The notes under the pieces: model-generated
Database searches by the model: none
Told to the model about the DNA's origin: nothing
What the model saw: only the letters and a program-made list of their open reading frames with translations
Part shown: piece by piece, positions 12,795 through 23,911 of the stretch
Layout of the letters: every line of letters starts with the position of its first letter
Numbering within the stretch: the first letter of the stretch is position 1
Translations under genes and position numbers: made by a program
Source: Paraspadella gotoi
Lineage: Eukaryota; Animalia; Chaetognatha
Reading direction: 5' to 3'
NCBI GenBank assembly: GCA_051294375.1
Contig: CM119266.1
Span: 26,354,851 to 26,418,850 of the forward strand
DNA length: 64,000 bases

Positions 12795-14766
12795 ATATTT
12801 TGATCTAACTTTTTATGAAGAATCAGAATCTTTAATAAAAATTTGTAAAATTTTTTTTTGAAAGGATATTACTATAATATATTGTAATTAATGTTACTGT
12901 TCTCCAAACAATATAAGCAAAATATATTTTATACTTCTTAATCATACTATCTCACGTTTAAATATCCTTGTTCACTCAAATAAAATTATTATTCCCCAGT
13001 GCTCCACTTAACTGTTCATTCCAAATGATTATTGAATATTTTTTAAATTATTGATTATTATGATTGTTGAATATTACTGGACATTATTATTGGATACTAT
13101 TCTAAGGTATATTACTATTAATATTGTATTTACGATTGCATGTTATTTTTTCAATGAACATCCTATTAAATAAAAATTCGGTTTCATGTCCGCGTTTAAT
13201 GGATACATAAAAAATCATAACAACTTTAGTTTTAAAAATTTCACAACAATTTTAAGCAGAATAAAGCACTATATTGAAAATTAATAATGTAATGTGTCTA
13301 GAAAAACTACTAAAATAATTATTAAGACATTAAATTATGTTTAAGAATACTACTTGTATATTCTTTAAAATTTCTTTGGGGAAGAAAATAGGGAAAGACA
13401 TGTCGATCGTTGAAGATGTTTTATTAAACTTATATTATGAATTATAACATACCTTTTGAAACTAATCTGTTGCGTGAAAGCAGTATATGCCAGGAGGAGC
13501 AACACAAAAAGGCTGTTTATTGGAAAATCACTTCTTTTTCTTTGGGAAAACAGACAACAAGAAGATAGTCGGGACATTTTCCTGTCGGTCCTCGATTATA
13601 TTTAATTTTTTTTCGTGTTTAACAAAATATTTTCCGATGATAATTTCGAAAAGAGAACTCCGCCATCCCATCTCCTCGCGATTGACGGCCGTCGCGTGAG
13701 AAGTACGAACGACGATAGCGATGACGACATCGGTCCCGACGTTGTATACGACGACGAAGTGACGACTTTTTCAGGCCATCATTTGCTTAGTACGGACGAA
13801 CACCCGATTTTTATTCCTTAGGCTAAGGAGGTTAGCGCTTTATATTAAAATGTTTTATGATACTAAAGGTTTTCTTGAAAATCGCGTCAATCATAAATCA
13901 TAACTTATTCTTGAAATATATAGAATTAATGAAATTAATTAATTAATTAATAAAATAATACATTTTTTCCCAGAGCATACGATTTTACTTGGTACTCTTA
14001 TCTCTTAATAAATTGAAAAAATTAAAAAATCATACATAACCCTAGTTCCCAAAAAAATTACCCATTCCACCCTTTTCTGTTCAGCGTTTTAGATATTTTG
14101 AAGTTCTCATTAATGATTTTCTTACAAAAATTATGTGTGATATCTATTTAGAAAACTAAGGCAGAAAGTAATATAACCTTGTGTTGTATAGATGCTCCCT
14201 CTATTTCCAGAAGAAAACACTAACAACAATAATGAAACAAGTAGTTTTGCAATTTTCATAGGAAGTAAAGACGAAAAGACCAATCACCATTGACCTGAAT
14301 TTATATTCTTATCACATAAAAAGTTAATTTTCGTATTCAAATTCAAATTATTCAAATTTATTTTTTTCTCATAACCGGTATGAATGGAAGTTTTCTGAAG
14401 ATATATATATATATATATAATATATTATATATTCTCTTATCATTATTAAAATTTTTGGACGAATCGTTGCTTCCGGGAAAATTCTAAAAAAATCGTTATT
14501 TCCCAAATTTTTTCCTGTGAATTTTTTACGGCTGAGGTGAGGTGAAACTTTACACTTGGAAAAACAATATTTGGTTTTAGTTGCGCCGCGAGCGGAGCAT
14601 TTATATAAGCCACTTTTAAGTCGATCAGTCGGTCTGTCCTACTTATATTTTATATGCTCATAAGTCGGGTAATACTGCATCAATTATAAAATTGGTACAA
14701 CCAATATATGTTTACATTTGGTAAGAAATCAATTAGTGAAACAGGTTTTTTTGTTTTTTCCATTTA

Positions 14767-14790
14767 NNNNNNNNNNNNNNNNNNNNNNNN
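14767..14790. other. Assembly gap (N run); a second gap lies at 21190-21199
   Basis: Runs of n in the sequence. Confidence 1.
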
Positions 14791-15024
14791 NAACTTATTT
14801 TGTTTTTTTTTTCCTTTTTTCCTTATTTTTCACTTACTTTCACTTATTTTCCATTGAAACTTAATTTCCAGCTCAATCACACACTTTCCTACCTTCATAC
14901 AAAATTTCAAGTCAATCATCCCATATACTCATGAGTAGTGAGTAATTAGTTTTTAAAGCTAAGGGGGAGGACAGACAGACAGACGGACATAGTTTTTAGG
15001 ATATTTATCAGTTGAAATTAGTTT

Positions 15025-15138
15025 TCAACACGATTTATTTTTATTAATAACGGACATGTTTCGGCTCAGTTACAAGCCTTAATCAGCGTAAAAAGAGTTT
15101 GTGAATTTGAAACAAAATTGTGTGCATTAAGAAAAGAT

Positions 15139-15193
<55 letters not shown>

Positions 15194-15826
15194 ATAGGCA
15201 AGTTTCCAACAAGATTGAGAAGGACAGTGGTCAACTTTGAGGACAGATTAAGGTGAACAAATAGAGCTAGTTTGTGAAAAGAAATTGAAATGGTGAGAGA
15301 GGAGAGAGAGAGAGGAGAGAGAGAGAGTGAGTGAGAGAACTTGAAAAATAATACATTGTGCAATGTACAACGAAGATAAAATTTTTAAACTTAATGCTTA
15401 GTGTTTAACAATTAATTGTGAATAAATAAGTTAGTGAAGATGAAATTGTGAAATTTGAAATGTGAAGGAAATAGTGGTGAGGATAGATAAGCAATGAGTA
15501 TAGTGAAGTTATAAGAGTTAAGATAGAGCTCAAAGTGAGCTGGCCCCCCTTGGTTTGTGCAAATGAAAGGCCTGAACGATGTGGTCGGTCATTGACGCGT
15601 CAGTGGCTGTGAGGACAAAATCGTTGAGCCTATGTGTGCGGCATTAGGGAGGCTTCCTTGCGGGAAGATACCCAAGGCTACTCTGATGTCTCTCTGGCCT
15701 GATACGCCTGCGACTCCCTCTTCTCGCCTGCTGGCGGGCGGGCGGCTGTCAGTTCTTGCCGCTTTCGCGGCAGGAGTGGTGGACTCCTCTCCTTCCTCCG
15801 CAGCCGTCGCTTTGGGCGGCGCTCAC
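15025..15826 (-). mobile_element. Solo Penelope pseudo-LTR with HHR variant (CTGATTA core); duplicate at ~19420-20243
   Basis: Homologous to 10420-11230 of the Penelope copy. HHRs at 15050-15089 and 19445-19484 (-). Confidence 0.8.
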
Positions 15827-16143
15827 TCTTCTAATCATTACACAACGAAACGAAAGGATTACACCACAAGGATAATTTATCATAATTCAATGTTCTGACA
15901 TGATCTAATTGTCATACCGACAAGCTTTTGGGGTGGGACCGACGGACCGACAAAGATCTGCTGTGAGCAGATCCGGCTAAAAAATTAATTTGGAACAGTA
16001 CAATAAAGATATTAAAAGACGCTTATTTTATTGGAATTCAATTTGAATAACTGATAAGGGTAACAAAATCTTTAATTCCTTTCAAATCAATTAAATATTT
16101 TATTTATTAAATTTAAATAATTTAAATATTATAAATTATATTC

Positions 16144-16356
16144 AAGGAGACGAATAGTTTAATTGCAACAACAACAATTTTTATTCATTACAATTTGAGC
16201 CTTCATCAGCGTCAAGGAGACAAATAATTTAATTGCAACAATAATTTTTATTATAGACAACAACTTTGACGCTGATGAAGGCTCAAATTGTGAGTCGAAA
16301 CATGTTCGTCTAAGAATAAAAATTGTTGTTGTTGCAATTAAATTATTTGTCTCCTT
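16144..16356. mobile_element. Mini foldback element with hammerhead ribozyme; duplicate at ~20562-20774
   Basis: Inverted aaggagac...gtctcctt ends. HHR gacg-CTGATGA-a-ggctca[aattg]tgagtc-GAAACATGTT-cgtc at 16268-16310, with a partial inverted HHR at 16191-16213. Confidence 0.75.
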
Positions 16357-19300
16357 AAACCAAAACACAACAAAAAGAAAGGATTTATACACAAAAATTA
16401 TATTCATATTAATTTAAAATATAAAATGATTTAAACCTTAAATTTATTCTTAGCGTAAAACCTATTTTTAATATTTAACAATTATATATGTATATTTTTT
16501 AAATTTCAACCTTTCCTTCTCTTTGATATTTATTAATAGTTAATTGTTAATACTTAATTATTATTCAGTTTTAAAATTTTAATCTTTGTTTTACATTTCA
16601 CAATGTATTATTACTAACTATCTATCTCTCTCTCTCTCTCTCTACATTTTCACTTCTTTTTCAAAAACTCATCTGTCCTGACCTTCAACCTGTCCTACTC
16701 TGACCAATGACCACTGGCCAACAGGTTGAAACGGTTCTATCAAATAAATATTAAAATACTAATCTTTTCAACGCGATTATGTAAATAAACTTTTTGATAT
16801 AGTTATTAATACAAATTTTAAAATTCTTTGTTTATTGATAAAAATTTTAAAAAACTATAAAATTTACCATGATGATGATGAGATGATTTTTTAACGTTTT
16901 TTTTGTTTAACAATTTCTTGTCAAAATTTTAAAAAATTGTAGTACTAACTTTCATTTAACTTTCAAGCTTATAGAATCCGTTCTTAAAAAAAAATTAAAA
17001 AAAATTTTGTCATTTGTTATATATTAATAAATATTTAAAAGCTCAGTGCAACAACCCAATGAACTAATTCAAAAAGTAATTGAAAATCGATTAGTAATAA
17101 AGGAAAAAAAAATTTTTTTGAGAGAATTAAAGTTATAAAAGTGTTCAATTTTGGCCCCTTATGACCACTATACTTCCTCAACTCTGTGTTGGAAACGTTT
17201 TTGCCCTTTCTCTTTCTCTATCCATCTTTCTCTCTTCTTTGCACATGATTTGCAAATATTTCAAAACTAATTTAACGCGTATGAATAAATTTTTTGTGAT
17301 ATTAAGTTTTTTTAATATACTGATACTCAAAAATTGAAAATGTAATTAATTTTTAATATTTTGTGTTTTATTACTGAAAATTAGCAAATCTATTAAAATT
17401 GTTGGAGATGATGATGATGATGAGGATGATTTTTTAAAGAATTTCCATTTTTGACCCACTTATTATCAAAATATTTAAAAAATAATAATTATACTTTGTG
17501 TAGACAACTTTTTATAAGCTATCTGAATATGCTTTAAAAATACAAAATTCAAAAAAAATTTTTTGACACTTTCCTATTAATAAATAAATATTAAAAAAAT
17601 AATTTCTAGCGCTTTAGCCATTTTAGGAAAAAATTTGGTCCATTGAAAGTTTTCTCAGAAATTTTCATTTGGGAAGGTTCCCAAATCAAACTTCTGAACT
17701 CCACCTCATTGACAAAGTTTGGCTCTTTGCAATTTTAAATTTATTCTTAACCCTAAACTTATTCCTAACTTAAACTTATTCTTAACCCTAGATTTACCCC
17801 AAACCTTAACTTATCAGTAATGGTAAACTTACCCTAACTTATGCTCTCAGCTTTTACCCCCCACAGTGATCCAAATGGCCTAAATTTCCAGAAAAACCTC
17901 CCTTTTTTGGTAAAAACAACTTTTTCTCGTATGCTGATTATCATAGATGCCATCTGAGTTGTTGAAATGTTTTAAATGATAAAAAGTGATTTGAAAAAAT
18001 ATGGAGAAAAAATTCATTTACCGCCAAATTTTAAAAATATATATTATATTAATTTATAATTTTGATATTAAAAAAAATTGACCGAACTTAATATTTTTTC
18101 TTTATTATATTATAAGTAATAGGTGTATATTTGCTAAATATAAATCATTAATTTAATCTTTTTAAAAGTGTGCATAAGCAATTAAGATTGAAAATCGGTC
18201 AAAGAAAGAATCATATAGTAATTTTTAAAGAATATTGAATATTTTTTATTATTTTTAGAATAAAAAGCATTTTTGGATTTCTCAAAATGGCGGACAAATA
18301 CGGATGAGATTTAATTAATAATTGATTAGTGATAAGATGTATCATTAAGAACTAAATCTGGTTTAAATTCGATGAGTTTTTACCATGTTTTTCATATCAT
18401 ATATAGTGACATAATATAAAAATCTTTTTTTTATTTGTTAACAAACTAGACAAAGTGCTGATACAATAACAAAGTCAAATAATTTTTTTCTTCCACCCAT
18501 GAGGGAGAAACAAACCTCTCAAAGACTTACCCAAAATAGAGATTTGCTTATAACTTTAGAAAGAATAATTTTTGGAAAGTGTTATCTTACATAAAACTTT
18601 GTACCATTATTATGGAAAGACTGAATATGCATTTATGCCCATATGTTCAAGTGGCTTTATCCGGTTTTAATTTTTTTTTGGATCACTGTGCCCCCTGGTC
18701 ATTGGTCCCTTTAAAAAAACCTTGCTCTTCGTTCGAATGACGGCGAAAGAGAGGGAACGAATATTTTTATTTGTTTTTTTTAATTTTTTCTTCAGCCTCT
18801 CTTGCGTACTGAATTCCGAGAGCGCTTGATTATGATAAATAGTAAATGAATAGTAAATGTATTGAATCTGTTCTTTTGTTTTTTTCTTTGAAATAAAGTT
18901 TAATACGATGTCAAATTCTGCACAGATGACGCGACTGCATCCGCAGCATCAGCAGCTGGATACATGCTCCCTGGAGGGAGCTGTCGTCGTCGTCGGCGAC
19001 GATCGCTGACTCGCTCTCGCTCTCGGCTTCTTCCTCCGCATCTGATTCATTCATAAAACCTTTCCCCTTCTTCTCCCTTCTTCATGATGGCCGTCCGATG
19101 ATGAAAGAGTGAAAGGTGGAGAAGCGAGAGAAGCAAAAAACATTCTGGCAGACAACAATGGGCTCGAACGACTCCTCGAGGCGCCGCCATATCCTGACAC
19201 CCTCGAACAGGGGGTCGACCATCGAAATCAACTCACGAAAAATCGAACGGGCAACCCCCGGACTCATCACACACTTTCCTACCTTCATACAAAATTTCAA

Positions 19301-19531
19301 GTCAATCATCCCATATACTCATGAGTAGTGAGTAATTAGTTTTTAAAGCTAAGGGGGACGGACAGACAGACAGACGGACATAGTTTTTTAGGATAATTTA
19401 TCAGTTTGAAATTAGTTTTCAACAACGATTTATTTTTATTAATAACGGACATGTTTCGGCTCAGTTACAAGCCTTAATCAGCGTAAAAAGAGTTTGTGAA
19501 TTTGAAACAAAATTGTGTGCATTAAGAAAAG

Positions 19532-19586
<55 letters not shown>

Positions 19587-22331
19587 AGGGAATAGGCAAA
19601 GTTTCCAACAAGATTTGAGAAAGGACAGTGGTCAACTTTGAGGACAGATTAAGGTGAAACAAATAGAGCTAGTTTGTGAAAAGAAATTGAAATGGTGAGA
19701 GAGGGAGAGAGAGAGGAAGGAGAGAGAGAGAGTGAGTGAGAGAACTTGAAAAAATAATACATTGTGCAATGTACAACGAAGATAAATATTGTTTTAAAAC
19801 TTAATGCTTAGTGTTTAACAATTAATTGTGAATAAATAAGTTAGTGAAGATGAAATTGTGAAATTTGAAAATGTGAAGGAAATAGTGGTGAGGGATAGAT
19901 AAGCAATGAGTATAGTGAAGTATAAGAGTTAAGATAGAGCTCAAAGTGAGCTGGCCCCCCTTGGTTTGTGCAAATGAAAGGCCTGAACGATGTGGTCGGG
20001 TCATTGACGCGTCAGTGGCTGTGAGGACAAAATCGTTGAGCCTATGTGTGCGGCATTAGGGAGGCTTCCTTGCGGGAAGATACCCCAAGGCTACTCTGAT
20101 GTCTCTCTGGCCTGATACGCCTGCCGACTGCCCTCTTCTCGCCTGCTGGCGAGGCGGGCGGCTGTCAGTTCTTGCCGCTTTCGCGGCAGGAGTGGTGGAC
20201 TCCTCTCCTTCCTCCCGCAGCCGTCGCTTTGGGCGGCGCTCACTCTTCTAATCATTACACAACGAAACGAAAGGATTACACCACAAGGATAATTTATCAT
20301 AATTCAATGTTCTGACATGATCTAATTGTCATACCGACAAGCTTTTGGGGTGGGACCGACGGACCGACAAAGATCTGCTGTGAGCAGATCCGGCTAAAAA
20401 ATTAATTTGGAACAGTACAATAAAGATATTAAAGACGCTTATTTTATTGGAATTCAATTTGAATAACTGATAAGGGTAACAAAATCTTTAATTCCTTTCA
20501 AATCAATTAAATATTTTATTTATTAAATTTTAAATAATTTAAATATTATAAAATTATATTCAAGGAGACGAATAGTTTAATTGCAACAACAACAATTTTT
20601 ATTATTACAATTTGAGCCTTCATCAGCGTCAAGGAGACAAATAATTTAATTGCAACAATAATTTTTATTATTAGACAACAACTTTGACGCTGATGAAGGC
20701 TCAAATTGTGAGTCGAAACATGTTCGTCTAAGAATAAAAATTGTTGTTGTTGCAATTAAATTATTTGTCTCCTTAAACCAAAACACAACAAAAAAGAAAG
20801 GATTTATACACAAAAATTATATTCATATTAATTTAAAATATAAAATGATTTAAACCTTAAATTTATTCTTAGCGTAAAACCTATTTTTAATATTTAACAA
20901 TTATATATGTATATTTTTTAAATTTCAACCTTTCCTTCTCTTTGATATTTATTAATAGTTAATTGTTAATACTTAATTATTATTCAGTTTTTAAAATTTT
21001 AATCTTTGTTTTACATTTCACAATGTATTATTTACTAACTATCTATCTCTCTCTCTCTCTCTCTCACCATTTTCACTTCTTTTTCAAAAACTCAATCTGT
21101 CCTGACCTTCAACCTGTCCTCACCTCTGACCAATGACCACTAGGCCGGAACAGGTTGAAAACTAGAAGTTCTATCAAATAAATAATGGTNNNNNNNNNNT
21201 TTAAAAGTTAGATAATAGTTATTAATACAAATTTTTAAAATTCTTCTGTTTTATTGATAAAAATTTTTAAAAAACTATAAAATTTAACCAATGATGATGA
21301 TGACGATGATTTTTTAACGTTTTTTTTGTTTTAAACCAATTTCTTGTCAAAATTTTAAAAAATTGTAGTACTAACTTTCATTTAACTTTTCAAGCTCTAT
21401 AGGAATCCGTTCTTAAAAAAGAAATTTTTAAAAAAATATTTTTGTCATTTGTTATATATTAATAAATATTTAAAAGCTTCAGTGCAACAACCCAATGAAC
21501 TAATTCAAAAAGTTACATTGAAAATCGATATAGTAATAGAAGGAAAAAAGAAATTTTTTTGAGAGAATTAGAAGTTATAAAAAGTGTTCAATTTTGGCCC
21601 ACCTTAGTGACCACTATACTTTCCTCAACTCTGTGTTGGAAACGTTTTTGCCCTTTCTCTTTCTCTATCCATCTTTCTCTCTTCTTTTGCACATGATTTG
21701 CAAATATTTTCAAAACTAATTTTAACGCGTATGAAATAAATTTTTGTTGTTGATATTATAAGTTTTTTTAATTGATACTGATAGAGCTCAAAAAGTTAAG
21801 CAAAAAATGTAATTACAACTTTTTAATATTTTGATGTTTTATTACTGAAAATTAGCAAAATCTATTAAAATTGTTGGATGATGATGATGATGAGGATGAT
21901 TTTTAAAAGTTTTCCCAATTTTGACCCACTTATTATCAAAATATTAAAAAAATAATTATACTTTGTGTAGACAACTTTTTATAAGCTATCTGAATCTGCT
22001 TTTAAAAATACAAAATTCAAAAAAAATTTTTTGACATTTCCTATTAATAAATAAATATTAAAAAAATAATTTCTAGCGCTTCTAGCCATTTTAAAAAAAT
22101 TTGGTCCATTGAAAGTTTTCTCAGAAATGTTTCATTTGGGAAGGTTCCCAAATCAAACTTCTGACCCACCTCATTGACAAAGTTTGGCTCTTTGCAATTT
22201 TAAATTTATTCTTAACCCTAAACTTATTCCTAACTTTAAACTTATTCTTAACCCTAGATTTACCCCAAACCTTAAACTTATCAGTAATGGTAAACTTACC
22301 CCTAACTTATGCTCTCAGCTTTTTACCCCCC

Positions 22332-23167
22332 CACAGTGATCCAAATGGCCTAAATTTCCAGAAAAACCTCCCTTTTTTGGTAAAAACAACTTTTTCTCGT
22401 ATGCTGATTATCATAGATGCCATCTGAGTTGTTTGAAATGTTTTAAATGATAAAAAGTGATTTGAAAAAATATGGAGAAAAAATTCATTTACCGCCAAAT
22501 TTTAAAAATATATATTATATTAATTTATAATTTTGATATTAAAAAAAAATTGACCGAACTTAATATTTTTTCTTTATTATATTATAAGTAATAGGTGTAT
22601 ATTTGCTAAATATAAAATCATTAATTTAATCTTTTTAAAAGTGTGCTAAGCAAATTAAGATTGGAAAATCGGTCAAAGAAAAGAATCATATAGTAATTTT
22701 TAAAGAATATTGAATTATTTTTTATTATTTTTAGAATAAAAAGCATTTTTGGATTTCTCAAAATGGCGGACAAATACGGATGAGATTTAATTAATAATTG
22801 ATTAGTGATAAGATGTATCATTAAGAACTAAATCTGGTTTAAATTCGATGAGTTTTTACCATGTTTTTCATATCATATATAGTGACATAATATAAAAATC
22901 TTTTTTTTATTTGTTAACAAACTAGACAAAGTGCTGATACAATAACAAAGTCAAATAATTTTTTTCTTCCACCCATGAGGGAGAAACAAACCTCTCAAAG
23001 ACTTACCCAAAATAGAGATTTGCTTATAACTTTAGAAAGAATAATTTTTGGAAAGTGTTATCTTACATAAAACTTTGTACCATTATTATGGAAAGACTGA
23101 ATATGCATTTATGCCCATATGTTCAAGTGGCTTTTATCCGGTTTTAATTTTTTTTTGGATCACTGTG
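22332..23167. mobile_element. Transib/RAG-like non-autonomous DNA transposon with RSS-like termini; duplicate at 17862-18690
   Basis: TIR CACAGTGATCCAAA at both ends, flanked by C-runs compatible with a ~5-bp TSD. An empty-site homologue lies at 62941-62978. Confidence 0.75.
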
Positions 23168-23911
23168 CCCCCCCTGGTCACTTGGTCCCTTTAAAAAAAA
23201 CCTTGCTCTTCGTTTCGAATGACGGCGAAAGAGAGGGAACGAAATATTTTTTTTATTTGTTTTTTTTTAAATTTTTCTTCAGGCCTCTCTTGCGTACTGA
23301 ATTCCGAGAGCGCTTGATTATGATAAATAGTAAATGAATAGTAAATAGTAATTGAATCTGTTCTTTTGTTTTTTCTTTGAAATAAAGTTTAATACGATGT
23401 CAAATTCTGCACAGATGACGCGACTGCATCCGCAGCATCAGCAGCTGGATACATGCTTCCCTGGAGGGAGCTGTCGTCGTCGTCGGCGACGATCGCTGAC
23501 TCGCTCTCGCTCTCGCTTCTTCCTCCGCATCTGATTCATTCATAAAACCTTTCCCCTTCTTCTCCCCTTCTTCATGATGGCCGTCCGATGATGAAAGAGT
23601 GAAAAGGTGGAGAGAGCGAGAGAAAGCAAAAAACATTCTGGCAGACAACAATGGGCTCGAACGACTCCTCCGGAGGCGCCGCCATATCCTGACACCCTCG
23701 AACAGGGGGGTCGACCATCGAAATCAACTCACGAAAAATCGAACGGGCAACCCCCGGGACTCAGACAAAAGCCCCATAATTTCGGGCACCCGTGAAAGGG
23801 AGAGCGGAGGCAGGGGGATAGACCTCTTTGAGTCTATTCGGCGCTCAACCTGAAATTTGGAAAAAGAAAACAACCAAAATTTTGATTAAAGAAAAAACTA
23901 TTTACCCGGTC

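Larger units (their letters stand above)
10015..13011. mobile_element. hAT-like MITE interrupted by a Penelope insertion
   Basis: Termini tcgggtggag...ctccacttaa with an 8-bp TSD ctgctcat/ctgttcat. An uninterrupted homologue lies at 33486-34110. Confidence 0.75.
14872..23762. repeat. ~4.4 kb tandem duplication (14872-19262 / 19263-23762), probably an assembly artefact
   Basis: The two copies are colinear and differ mostly by single-base and homopolymer indels. Both are associated with N gaps. The junction has ctca microhomology. Confidence 0.85.

Noticed and set aside
17705-17840. ttaaccctaaa-like repeats as interstitial telomere
   Set aside because: Irregular units with no clean telomeric array; part of a dispersed repeat.
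23352-23853. Short ORFs on both strands upstream of RASA1
   Set aside because: No recognisable motifs, and the frames differ between the duplicated copies. Probably promoter or 5' UTR, although a small divergent gene cannot be excluded.
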